In this document: positions 37,901 to 46,649 of the stretch, in pieces
Numbering within the stretch: position 1 is the first letter of the stretch
Layout: each line of letters starts with the position of its first letter
Origin: a virus
Direction: 5' to 3' (one strand)
IMG/VR virus record: IMGVR_UViG_3300014208_000031
Span: 32,001-96,000 of that record
DNA: 64,000 nucleotides
Notes under the pieces: generated by a model
The model's database searches: none
Told to the model about the DNA's origin: nothing
Seen by the model: the letters and a program-made list of their open reading frames with translations, nothing else
Made by a program: the position numbers and the translations under genes

Positions 37901-39971
37901 TGCGAAAGCTTACGAAGCCAGACAAACAGAAACTTTAGATAAATTAATTAAAGATGCTCAAAATTCTGGAGATTTTGAATTCGCAGATCAATTAAGAAGT
38001 AAAAAAACAGGGGTGTCTGGAAATGCAGCACTTTTAGCGGCGAAAGACATTCCGTTTGATCAAAAAAACTTAAATACTCCCTTCGGCCCGGAAGGCGCGT
38101 TTAAAGAGTTAAGTGCTAGTTTAACCGGATTAAAAACTAGTTTTGACGCTGGGATAACAGGTAATTTTAATTTATTATTTGACAATTCTAAAACGGCGGC
38201 AAGCGCATTACTTGATTTAGCTAAAGCAACTAAAGAAGTAAGTGATATTAATGCTGTTGCTGCAAAAAATATAGAAATGGTAGCATTAAATGAGCAAAAG
38301 AAAGAGTTAGAGGGTAAAAAACTTGGCTTATTACAATCTCAAACAGCAAAAGACGAAGAAAATAAATCATTTTTTCAACAACTAGATAAAACTGCGCCGT
38401 CAAAAAGTTTGTTTGGTAGAAGATTAGATGAAAAAGCTGTTGGGGCAGAATTAGGAATTGATCCACAACAAATTCGTAGGTTTAACGATTTTGGACAACA
38501 ATATGCTAATCAAAAAGATTCTAAATTCACAGATTATTCTAGGAACGTTGGCGGATTAGGATTTAATGAACAACAATTAGGCTCTTTATATGATAAACAA
38601 TTTCAACCGGATCAAAATCATTTTAAAAATCCTGAATTAGAGAAATTACAAAGAGATGCTGTTGACAGAGATAAGAGAAAAACTTTAAATTATGTTTATT
38701 CAACCAATCAGCAATTAGGTAATACTCCAAATAATCAATCAGAAATTAAAAAACTACAAGATCAAATAGATGAATTACAAAGACAATTAGATGAAAAAAA
38801 TAAACCTGAAAATAAAGCCGCCGGATATATTCCTAAATATGCGGGCGGATTAATCAGTTCATTAAAAGCCGAACAAAAAGCTATTAGTTCTGGAGTCGGT
38901 GGTGCGCGAGCGGGCGATAAACCCTATCTAACGCAAATTAAAGGATTAGGCCCGGCGGTTGTTAACACTGGAGAATCTATAATAAGAAACTTTGCAGGTG
39001 GCGGAGATGCAGTATTAAACAGAAAGATGAAAAAATCTTTAGGTATAAATAATTACGCCGACGGAAATATTGATTTATCTAAATTATCTGAAAAAGATAT
39101 AAGATATGGAGATAATATCGTAGCAAATGATGAATTGAGTAGATTAGCCGCTGCCTATAAAAAAGATGGAATTGAAGGGGTCAAAAGATGTATTGCTATT
39201 TTAAATAGTGGTAATGAAAATTTAGTTGCTAATAAAGCTGGAGGGTACTTTGGAGATGAAGAAATTGATAAATTTTATCAAGAATCTTTAAGAATTAAAG
39301 GTGTTAATCGTTTCGATAAAAATCGTTTTCAAAATTATACTAACCGGGAAAGAAAAAATAATTTCGGCGGAAGCAAAATATTTGGAGACGATTTTAATAA
39401 CCAGTCTAATATATTTAATTCTCAATTTGCTGGTAGCTCACAATACAAAGGAATAGATATTCAAGAAAGAATTAGAAACCAAGGCAGCGCATTTAGCCCA
39501 GTCTCAATTCAATCGTCCGGTGGATTACGTTCAGGTAGTCTCCAAGGACCGCAAAGATACGGCTCGCGCGAACTTAATTCTGATGAAATCGAAAGAGATG
39601 CTAGAAGAAATAGCGGAAGAAATCAAAATAGATATGATAGAAATGTTGGCCGCGCGACGAATGAAGTTGATTCTCTTAAAAAGGAATTAGAAGATTTAAG
39701 AAATAAAGTTGGTCAACAAAATAATAATACTACAAATAATTCACAAAATTCTGTTAATAATAGTGAGAAAAATGGACCCATAGATGTTTCCCATACTATT
39801 AAAATCGAAATTAACGGAAATATAACTGCTAAAACTGACGCGCAGACCGCCGTGATAAACGAAGAACTTGCAAATTTTAAAACAAGGGTTGAGGCTCGTT
39901 TGGCTTCCCTTGAGGCCGCAACTCCGGGGGCAAAACCCGTGCCTCCCATTGCAAATCGCGGGGCTAGTTAA
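31998..39971 (+). CDS. Tail tape measure protein with inserted ParB-like and ATP-grasp domains
   Basis: N-terminal TP901-like TMP region (LFDIARNTG..ELARQG..TTARGGAVIGNALRSIFTR), long helical stretches, hydrophobic segments; cargo domains described in findings. Confidence 0.9.
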   Translation: MANSGNIILGVSVDEQSIRSAENRIRGLIKGNQAINLKVNTTGLGRISSDVAQFSKSLESAQARTLAFVSATTLLYGVGTAVKSIASAFIETEARFKSIQIVLNTTTQKFDKFKSSLFDIARNTGKSFEEAASAAEELARQGLKVEEVQNRVNAALILSRQSGLGTAEAVKALTAATNSFNKSALDQIGIVNKLANVDANFAVSSKDLVESLSRAGATAQDAGISFEKLLSLTASLQQTTARGGAVIGNALRSIFTRIERGSTLDALQQFGVATRDLQGNVLAVDQVLKNLANTYKTLSQAEQAALSEKVAGIQQINQLKALLSDLSKGNSIYAQSLAVSTEETNSAIERNKALNQTLQTNLNAIKTTATQFSSVFGKLVFQPTIKGGADFAQNVLGSLNNQDQDSKSAGQKLAEGFLSGFGKALAGPGAVIGISAIVNVVKQLGKFSFSVLSDYAALNSASKSQGSIQNAINQILATGNGKYIERLARARSIKEEELAIKSIMLEINALQVQQGARNFSAVQNIARNRGGVTPEGSFKIPRASGGFLPVNQEQNDINRGVGGASRSARPKVIPNFNFGGGKRGTVVANTDEYIVPNFGGSDGSAIFNQQMVARHGLPSNARKINASGGLIPNYNEFKGYPEFKTPKIGRGGYSGMVGIDWKSVLRYISPNQFLESALPLDSRIRDEKSISNIRNRIQKGQEIDPGYLRLERDRKSRRGITGHEGRHRATAALLEGVQDFPVEFDIKDFGRAPSLYQDGKIEEILAQKYYPEATMTGNLSGFDNKVRPVQFNFRRGGNRLLSQFSRGLIPNYFNKYNKQEANYNGALIDKDYKYIYADQNEAISKSKRLAARAKGFELLNPDDVNFLARNEEILKGHKLKIIDPTAQLTKNGTGSFLNILSANSFKGDKYNEARLLKLGKVSPLAGFLKSRGISNQNFLKAKKAIAQKFGNNFFIKAKEGGGSNFEESNEVFSSNKGISKLKDIDPEQYYIQEGIKNTTGLEYRVNLAGVGKGAQVLGRGAYIKDEYKEVDPNLSDAPSSLISAVKSGRIEDYLKSQIAIRQAKQVLLNAPERVRRGSITGFDVLETNKSGLGLLGQYLGIGKGGGVVEANFSQDDQGKGQAGYSGYLDKLGVLIPAAQALIKNNGGFAGGLIPNFNLSNSLLNAGVGLDDKAKLLAQILGGSNSPLKTAINREKNAGIPLDQIKVENHPSLVSGANPGGLAVTNKIDEPGGISQGISRAIKEGRNPKTYGASKGLIPNYALPKPPTLLSGAPAALQEEFLQELLREFAKKAALENQKGFFSGRKSGKILKDFEQELKASPGFARLGQASQDRFDLETSNVQAAQADRRRGKVQGAAFTAAIGAPILTNALTSLSPANDKTSRQINAVGESAGTGLSLAATFGFSPFGIAVGAATTALGSLRGIADASRKSLEDLTKEVDDTRGTFEGNKNASAGVFQGREQLKDLINSGASSKEIDLVSRNIQDLITSIDDPSLRNKVVGAKTNDEQLNILAEISSAQAKAVAEKGIGVGLESIIGKNRDIFKDKFGDTQNILLNKQDRTDVTSLIRSALPLESDATKRTGQIKGLEDLNTKGDFGLESLQRVLGTLNISSDALKQFNQLALIEQELIVKNVVQRNLSADALRKENENLKVYTQSVVNLGRLLDKLQTSTNFKFDLGNIRDSGTRNRALSGANQALGTLGNFITPESQNRFENRNKEFEIKNELITSTNDISKSFINSFDSLPSLVEEAFKKFTTGNGEGEGKNISGKSESLKNTLQQLRANVLAAGGNPVDAANSGVEKINEQIKLLGGQDGKLNKPLIDALIKFRDEGLSIPVELARAQSEEARLLQANTNKLNELNLSITKQLSFLGGRSFKDLPSADFSDIKGGLSQGKTIRDSINGPFSKRIFKSRGSSFQDFFQGQQIDEEAENSRRGNVFSKLAGGKLQAFKEGFLDGNPEQINQARFEVAKAYEARQTETLDKLIKDAQNSGDFEFADQLRSKKTGVSGNAALLAAKDIPFDQKNLNTPFGPEGAFKELSASLTGLKTSFDAGITGNFNLLFDNSKTAASALLDLAKATKEVSDINAVAAKNIEMVALNEQKKELEGKKLGLLQSQTAKDEENKSFFQQLDKTAPSKSLFGRRLDEKAVGAELGIDPQQIRRFNDFGQQYANQKDSKFTDYSRNVGGLGFNEQQLGSLYDKQFQPDQNHFKNPELEKLQRDAVDRDKRKTLNYVYSTNQQLGNTPNNQSEIKKLQDQIDELQRQLDEKNKPENKAAGYIPKYAGGLISSLKAEQKAISSGVGGARAGDKPYLTQIKGLGPAVVNTGESIIRNFAGGGDAVLNRKMKKSLGINNYADGNIDLSKLSEKDIRYGDNIVANDELSRLAAAYKKDGIEGVKRCIAILNSGNENLVANKAGGYFGDEEIDKFYQESLRIKGVNRFDKNRFQNYTNRERKNNFGGSKIFGDDFNNQSNIFNSQFAGSSQYKGIDIQERIRNQGSAFSPVSIQSSGGLRSGSLQGPQRYGSRELNSDEIERDARRNSGRNQNRYDRNVGRATNEVDSLKKELEDLRNKVGQQNNNTTNNSQNSVNNSEKNGPIDVSHTIKIEINGNITAKTDAQTAVINEELANFKTRVEARLASLEAATPGAKPVPPIANRGAS

Positions 39972-40014
39972 ATAGTGTAAAATAAAATGTTAATTAAAGG
40001 AATAAGAAAATTTT

Positions 40015-41661
40015 ATGTTAAGCTTTAGCGGGGCTAGTCTACTTTCACAAAATCGTCAAAATCAATTTTTTGGCGACAGTTTTAGATATGCGATCAAAGA
40101 TTCATACACAATAAACGGATATTTATTGGACTTAAAAAACGTTTCTGGGATTTCTGGGATATTAACTCAGTTGAGCGGTATGAGTTTAGAAACGCAAGAT
40201 AACCAAATTATTTTAATTAATGGAACGTACTTTGGCCTTGGCCGGATAAACAGCCTAAATTTTGCAGAAGGGGTAGATGTCAAATTAAAAAATTATACTT
40301 GTAATTTTGATATAATCAACTCTGGAAATACGTTTAATTTGCCGACAGAGCCACTTTATTCTGGCTTAGTATTAAATAATTCTAGTTATAGCGCACATTT
40401 TATTGATGAATTTAGTGAAAATTTTTCGTCTGAAGTCTCGGAAGACGGGTCATATACGGAAAATCAAGTAATTAAACTACGCTTCTATTCGGGTATTGAC
40501 GGGACTACAAAAAATCCAATAACAATGGCGCAAAATTTTGCTTCCAATCTTATCTTAACAAATGCTCCAGTGGGTTTTATAGATAGTTTTTATTCAGGCT
40601 GGCGCAGACAGCCGGGCCGCCGACAAAGACAAGAAAGTATTAATCTTATTACTAACGAAGTTAGTATTACCGAAACATTTAAAATATTAAAAGGGATTAG
40701 TGGAACTTATTCTATTAATTATATTAATAGTTTAAATGTAAATGAAAATTCAATAACCACAGTATCAGAAAAAGGACGAGTTCAAGGATTAATACCGGAT
40801 AGTAGAAATCAATATTTCCCGGCGGCTTATTCCGGCGAACAATATGAAGTAAATAATTTTTCTTATTTGCGCTGTAATAATCTATTTAATTCTTATCAAT
40901 TAGGTAGTAGTTATCCATTAAATTCTCGACGGCTAACTTATGGTCAAAGTTTGAATAAATTTAGTGATACTGTAGATTATGAGGTTTCTTACTCAAATGA
41001 TCCACGAACTAACAATTCTTACTCTTGGGAATATACTCAAAATATTGAAAGAGAAAATGGTGGATGTACTTATAGTATCTCCGAAGACGGTCAAGTAATT
41101 GGACTAAGTACCAATTGTGATCCAGCCGCGCGATATTTAAACGCTTTAACTGCTTACAGCGGAGTAAAAACGGGAGTTTATTTAAGAACTTATAATTTTT
41201 ATACCGGATTTAGTACTTTTGCTAATCCAATTAAATTAATTAATCAAAGTGAAACAAAAAGTAAATTTAATGGAGATATAAAATATCAATTTAACTATTC
41301 CGATAACCTTTTATACTCGACTAGCGGAGTCAAAAAAATGAGTATTAGTTTAACGGACGATCATGCTACGCCCGGTAAAAATCTTTTTGACATACCATCG
41401 GTCAAGCAAATAGCACAGCCAAATAATATACCTAATTTAGCAAAAAGATCATTAGAATTGGAAATTATAGGAAACCGTGGAACCAATCTTACGGGATACT
41501 TAAATTTAGCAAAAAATACTATAAATTTATATCCGCCTACCGGAACAGACGGTTATATTAGTAATTTAAATTACAGTTTCGCGCCTCTCACTAACACGTT
41601 TAATATATCAACGGAATGGGCTTACGAAGAGTCAATTAACTTAAACCAATTTATTTTATAA
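40015..41661 (+). CDS. Tail-tip protein (distal tail-like)
   Basis: Directly after TMP; internal repeats (VSE.G.V.G); related to 42798-44858. Confidence 0.5.
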   Translation: MLSFSGASLLSQNRQNQFFGDSFRYAIKDSYTINGYLLDLKNVSGISGILTQLSGMSLETQDNQIILINGTYFGLGRINSLNFAEGVDVKLKNYTCNFDIINSGNTFNLPTEPLYSGLVLNNSSYSAHFIDEFSENFSSEVSEDGSYTENQVIKLRFYSGIDGTTKNPITMAQNFASNLILTNAPVGFIDSFYSGWRRQPGRRQRQESINLITNEVSITETFKILKGISGTYSINYINSLNVNENSITTVSEKGRVQGLIPDSRNQYFPAAYSGEQYEVNNFSYLRCNNLFNSYQLGSSYPLNSRRLTYGQSLNKFSDTVDYEVSYSNDPRTNNSYSWEYTQNIERENGGCTYSISEDGQVIGLSTNCDPAARYLNALTAYSGVKTGVYLRTYNFYTGFSTFANPIKLINQSETKSKFNGDIKYQFNYSDNLLYSTSGVKKMSISLTDDHATPGKNLFDIPSVKQIAQPNNIPNLAKRSLELEIIGNRGTNLTGYLNLAKNTINLYPPTGTDGYISNLNYSFAPLTNTFNISTEWAYEESINLNQFIL

Positions 41662-42537
41662 AACTGGATTTACGTTTATTTCTTTCACCCATTCAAATTC
41701 CGCTGGATTCGGCCAAGTTTGAATTAAATCGAGAAGTTGTTGTTTAGATTTGATTTTAGGAATATTCTGTGCGCGTTGCCCATCTGGTAGAATATCATTC
41801 TTAACAGAATTTTTATTATTGGAAAGTGGTCTTAAATTTTTATAGTAAGTAACCATAAATTGGGGTTCTAAAAATGCAAAATCAAATAAAGTTACTGGAA
41901 TTATATGGTCAAAAACCCATAATTTATCTTTACCATAATTTTCCCAAGTCATATTGTTGTTGAATTGATTTTCGATATAACTTCTACATTCTTTTAATCC
42001 TATTCCTAATAGGTTTTTTGAGTTTTTGTATAATTTTTTATTTTTTCTAATAACAGCAGAAATATGTCTAACGCATTTCATAATTTTAAATTCGGGTTCA
42101 GAAGATTTTATTCTTAGCCTTTTTCGTTCTCTTTCTCTAACTTTTTGTTTATTTTTCTTTTTATATGTTTTAATATCTTCGTTAACACATTTTTTACATT
42201 TAGCTCTATATCTTTTTGTATCTCTAATAATTCTTTTTATATAAAATTCATCAACTAATTTTATTACATTACAACATATGCAAATTTTTTCTGTAGGTTC
42301 AATATAAAATTTTTGGCCTTTAATTGTTGGTAGTGGCAAATTATTTTTAATATATTTATTTTCATAGTATTGTTTACTGCTACAATCTTTACATTTACTT
42401 TTTAGTATATTGTTTCCAGATAGAGAAAAACTGGAAAGCTCTAAAACTTTTTCGCATGTTTTACAAAATTTGTATCCATCTAGACAACAAAATTCATGTT
42501 TATTATAAATAAATTTTTGATGGTTATTCTGGACCAT
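41656..42537 (-). CDS. HNH-type homing endonuclease with CxxC repeats
   Basis: YIENQF...MTWENYG..W.FDHIIP..Y.NLRPL..N..K.D; same family as 9697-10794. Confidence 0.8.
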   Translation of the reverse strand: MVQNNHQKFIYNKHEFCCLDGYKFCKTCEKVLELSSFSLSGNNILKSKCKDCSSKQYYENKYIKNNLPLPTIKGQKFYIEPTEKICICCNVIKLVDEFYIKRIIRDTKRYRAKCKKCVNEDIKTYKKKNKQKVRERERKRLRIKSSEPEFKIMKCVRHISAVIRKNKKLYKNSKNLLGIGLKECRSYIENQFNNNMTWENYGKDKLWVFDHIIPVTLFDFAFLEPQFMVTYYKNLRPLSNNKNSVKNDILPDGQRAQNIPKIKSKQQLLDLIQTWPNPAEFEWVKEINVNPVL

Positions 42538-42673
42538 AATTCAATAATTCAATTGCTTTTCTAATTAACTCTGAAATTGTATAGCCCGTTTTCTCACTTA
42601 ATTTCTTTAATTTTTCTTTTTGATGTTCAAATATTTGATAATCCGCGCGGATAAGTTTAGGTTTTTGATTCAT
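42524..42673 (-). CDS. Ribbon-helix-helix protein, 49 aa, absent from the ORF track
   Basis: MNQKPKLIRADYQIFEHQKEKLKKLSEKTGYTISELIRKAIELLNYGPE; overlaps the HNH start. Confidence 0.75.
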   Translation of the reverse strand: MNQKPKLIRADYQIFEHQKEKLKKLSEKTGYTISELIRKAIELLNYGPE

Positions 42674-42718
42674 ACGTTTATTTCTTAGTTAATTTAATTG
42701 TTATCTATTACTATATAC

Positions 42719-42769
42719 TTTACACTAAAAAATAAAGAAAAATGTAAATTTTATTTTAAAAAGTGTAAA
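42719..42769. promoter_or_regulatory. Divergent pair of AGTGTAAA motifs
   Basis: TTTACACT at 42719-42726 and AGTGTAAA at 42762-42769. Confidence 0.6.
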
Positions 42770-42797
42770 ATTATAATAAACACAGGAATAAGAACAA

Positions 42798-44858
42798 ATG
42801 ATTGAAATTTATTATGGAGGGAGTGGAATATTGGCGTATCCGACTGGATACCCCAAACCTTTATTTAGTGAAACTGAAAACGCTGTAAGGTACGGGGGAA
42901 AGTGGTGTACTACGACCACAATTACTCTAAACGGCCAATTGTCCGGTTGTACATACGATGCAATCCAAACTGCTAAATCCAGACTAGAGAATATTTATAG
43001 CAAAGATTTTCAAAGCTTATTAATAATTCAAGACGGGCGGACTTATTATGATAGTTATTATAATATCATTAGAGAAATTGATTTTCAACAATCTAGATAT
43101 ATTGGATTGCTTGATTATAGTGTTAGTTTAGAGAGTTATCCGCGCGAACTTTTTAGTGGCTATTTCGGCGTAATAGAGCCGGTTAATGAATGGAATTTTT
43201 CTGAAGATAACAATCAGTTATTAATTGTTAACCATAGAGTATCAGCTAAGGGAATTCAGACATCTAATAGCTATAGTAACTCTTTTGATAATGCAAAAAA
43301 TTATGTATTATCGTTAACGGGTTCTAGCAGTTTTATTTCCCCATATTTTACAAATCACTGCACCGGAGTTTCTCTATGTTTGGATACTTTTAGCGAAAAC
43401 ATAGATAGATTTAATTGCACGTTCGGAATCGAAGAAAAATATTATTTAGACCCATTAGCAGAAGGATCAATTTCTCCAATAATTGAATCTATATCTGGCG
43501 AATATGCATCTGTAAGTATAAGTATTTCACCAGTAGTTGATGGAGATACGTTTCTTGCTTCTTATACGGATAATGGAATAACTACCACAATAAATATAGA
43601 ATTTGATAATAATTCTAGTTTGAATAATCCATCATATACATTACTAGATATTGGTATTGGAGGCGATCCGCTTGATTATGGAGAGAGTCTAGCTAACACT
43701 ATAAACCTAATTCTAACTAATGCTGTTTGTAGTTTTAATTCTTCTAATAGCTTACTAACTCTTATTTCAAATAACCAAAGTAGTTTAATTTCCGTTAATT
43801 TAAATGGAACTAGTGACACTGGAGTAACTGAAGTAATAGGAACTCCAGCTAGTATTGTTTATAATAATAGGCATGGATATATAAGATATACCACAGATTA
43901 TAGTTGTGATGCATTGCGAGGCGCGGCGACTTTATCAATCAATGGTGAAGTTAAATCTTGTAAAAATGTTGATTTAGATACTTTACGGTCTAAGTATCAG
44001 TCTTTTGATGTTTATTCGGCGGCTGTCCGCGCGTATTATGAATCGTGTGGTCGATTAGATTTAAATAGAAATTTTTTATTCAGCGGGATTACCGAGGATC
44101 AATTTAGCAAAAAAATCAATTTTAATGTTAGTTTTGATAATGATTTTAACCCGCGCACATTTTTAGAGTATGAAACTTCAATAAAATTGGACGACCAAGA
44201 TATAACCACGGTTGGCGTAAAAGGAACGATTAAGTCTCGCGGGGACTTAAAAAATAAATATTCTTTAGTAGAAAATTACTACAACACTCAACTTAATTTA
44301 TATTATTTAGCTTATCAAAGCTATAATGAATTTTATAATAACGCGCCGGTCTACCCACTGAGAAATCAGCAGTTAAACTATTCAATAAGTAAAAATCAAT
44401 TTGTTGGAGAAATCAGTGTTTCAACAGAGTACGATAATAAAGATTTAATACCGCCAGAATTTCAAAGTTTAGATTATAATATTTCTGTTACCCCCGCTAT
44501 TCGTCAAATTAGAGCATTGCCACTTGTTAAGTTGGATTCGCCTAGCTTATGTTCTGGGAACTGGTATTGTAGCGATCTAGGATTTAATAATAGGGCTCAA
44601 ATACAAATCGCGGGCCGTGCGGTTGGAACATGCACTGGCAACGCAACGACCACTCTAACTGGAATTCGTAATTTAGGAAATTACTGGTTAACTAATTTAT
44701 ATAATAATGATAGAACATTTCTAGATAAAAATTCTATAGTCCAAACTAACGAAGGAAAAGGGAATTCATTTTCGTTTAATTTCGGATGGTCATTTGACGC
44801 AACGCAGTCTGCAAATACCAGTCCTTGGAATTGGATTGAAACATTAAGTCTAAAATAG
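42798..44858 (+). CDS. Tail-tip protein
   Basis: Similar layout to 40015-41661; late motif and leader motif upstream. Confidence 0.5.
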   Translation: MIEIYYGGSGILAYPTGYPKPLFSETENAVRYGGKWCTTTTITLNGQLSGCTYDAIQTAKSRLENIYSKDFQSLLIIQDGRTYYDSYYNIIREIDFQQSRYIGLLDYSVSLESYPRELFSGYFGVIEPVNEWNFSEDNNQLLIVNHRVSAKGIQTSNSYSNSFDNAKNYVLSLTGSSSFISPYFTNHCTGVSLCLDTFSENIDRFNCTFGIEEKYYLDPLAEGSISPIIESISGEYASVSISISPVVDGDTFLASYTDNGITTTINIEFDNNSSLNNPSYTLLDIGIGGDPLDYGESLANTINLILTNAVCSFNSSNSLLTLISNNQSSLISVNLNGTSDTGVTEVIGTPASIVYNNRHGYIRYTTDYSCDALRGAATLSINGEVKSCKNVDLDTLRSKYQSFDVYSAAVRAYYESCGRLDLNRNFLFSGITEDQFSKKINFNVSFDNDFNPRTFLEYETSIKLDDQDITTVGVKGTIKSRGDLKNKYSLVENYYNTQLNLYYLAYQSYNEFYNNAPVYPLRNQQLNYSISKNQFVGEISVSTEYDNKDLIPPEFQSLDYNISVTPAIRQIRALPLVKLDSPSLCSGNWYCSDLGFNNRAQIQIAGRAVGTCTGNATTTLTGIRNLGNYWLTNLYNNDRTFLDKNSIVQTNEGKGNSFSFNFGWSFDATQSANTSPWNWIETLSLK

Positions 44859-44895
44859 TGTAAAGATAATCCAGGAATAAGAAAATTTTAATTGA

Positions 44896-46638
44896 ATGAA
44901 CCCCACAGGAGTCCAATATTTTACACATAGCGATAAAACGAATACGAGCGGCCAGCTACAAGTATTTTATGCATTTACGGGCGGTTCTGGAACTCATATT
45001 ATCCCCAGTTTACCTTTTGGTAAGTCCGCGTATTCAGGATTTATAGATAATACTGGATCGTTTTATGATGTTTCTGGAAGCGGATTTTTCGGAGGTCAAA
45101 CTAGTATTCGAGTAAATAATGCTTCCGGGCTTTCTAGTCAAACTTGGAGTATGATTATTGATTATAAAATTTCAGGCGGACAGAATAACGTGCTTTTCTC
45201 CAACTATTCGTCTGGAACTATAAATAGCGGATGGATAATAGGTGTTAACGATGCGAATTCAGTATACCTGGAATATTATTCTAATCAAGGTCCGCAAATT
45301 TTAATATCTAACACTACATACGGAACACAAAATACAATAGTTATTACTAAGAATAATTCCGCAATAAATTTAGATTATTTAGATTATAATACAAAATCTT
45401 TAATTTCAGAAAATTTTTCAATTGATCCTGTATATTTTTTACCTAGTGACAATTGGTATATTGGAGCGAGCACGGGAACCCCCGGATATTATTCTGGACA
45501 AAAATATAAGGGGTTTATGGATTACTGGCTTTATTTTGCACCAGCACTTTTACCAAGTCAAAAATTAGGTGTTTTATCAGGATTATATTGTGATATAACT
45601 AATCCAATTCAAACAATTAGTTCTTATACTACTAGTTTGGTTACGGGGCAAACTACTGGATTAGTGAGTATATTTACTGGAACTACTGGGGAAGCAAACG
45701 AATTCTACAATTATATTACGGGTGCATGTAATTCAATTCATGCTGTATACTCGGGTATTAATTTAACCGGTTTCGTGTATGATATTGGAACGGTTCCTCT
45801 AACTCAAACAATTACTACATACATAACTGGAATTACAGGCGGCGGACCGATTGAGAATAGCGGATATTCTATTAGTCATGGATTTAATGCGGTTAGCTAT
45901 CTAAAAGAAATAAATGCGACGGACATCTCAGAGCTATATTATTTTCCTCGATCTACTAATAAAATAAATATCAATAACGAATTATCTTTCGACTTTACAT
46001 TAAATAAATTTATTTTACCATCTCAATATAATATTAATCAAATTAATTTTTATATTAATTCAGTGGGACAATTTGGCAGTGGTTATAACGTAACTGGAGA
46101 TTTTTATAATTTAACGATAGATAAAAGCGGTATGTATTTTGTTTCTGGAAATTATTTATCTGGAGATTATCAAGGTAATGATACTAATATTATTGATATA
46201 ATCAGCGGAAATAGAGTTTTTAACACGGGATTTTGGGTATTAAACAATAACACTGGTATATCTGGGATGGGATTACCAAACTCGTTAGTATTTTTGGGTG
46301 GACAAAAACTTAAAAGTGGACTAGACTATAGAATATCTGGAACGGATTTAATTTTAAATAATTCTTATTGGTATGATACTATAGATAGTGGAAGATATTG
46401 GAGTGCGCCGATTGATACTGAAAGTAGTTTTACTTCTGGAGTTTGGAATAACTTAGATTTAAATTCTGGTTATTTTGCCCGTGGAACCACACAGTTATGG
46501 ATGAATGGCGTGAGAGAGAACTTAAACGATGATTATATTGAAATTAGTCATTTATCTTTACTCAATAACTCTGGACACTATTTAGATAATTTAAATAATA
46601 TTTTTATTAGTGATTTAGGATTTTTAGAAAGTATATAA
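44896..46638 (+). CDS. Tail-tip protein with LamG/concanavalin-like domain
   Basis: N-terminal lectin-like pattern (WS.....VLFSN...GW.IG..WYIG..YKGFMD); SG/TG rich. Confidence 0.55.
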   Translation: MNPTGVQYFTHSDKTNTSGQLQVFYAFTGGSGTHIIPSLPFGKSAYSGFIDNTGSFYDVSGSGFFGGQTSIRVNNASGLSSQTWSMIIDYKISGGQNNVLFSNYSSGTINSGWIIGVNDANSVYLEYYSNQGPQILISNTTYGTQNTIVITKNNSAINLDYLDYNTKSLISENFSIDPVYFLPSDNWYIGASTGTPGYYSGQKYKGFMDYWLYFAPALLPSQKLGVLSGLYCDITNPIQTISSYTTSLVTGQTTGLVSIFTGTTGEANEFYNYITGACNSIHAVYSGINLTGFVYDIGTVPLTQTITTYITGITGGGPIENSGYSISHGFNAVSYLKEINATDISELYYFPRSTNKININNELSFDFTLNKFILPSQYNINQINFYINSVGQFGSGYNVTGDFYNLTIDKSGMYFVSGNYLSGDYQGNDTNIIDIISGNRVFNTGFWVLNNNTGISGMGLPNSLVFLGGQKLKSGLDYRISGTDLILNNSYWYDTIDSGRYWSAPIDTESSFTSGVWNNLDLNSGYFARGTTQLWMNGVRENLNDDYIEISHLSLLNNSGHYLDNLNNIFISDLGFLESI

Positions 46639-46649
46639 ATTAATTTAAT

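Noticed and set aside
32093-39949. Antisense ORFs within the TMP and other long genes
   Set aside because: Fully nested, no motifs or leaders; explained by codon bias of the sense gene.
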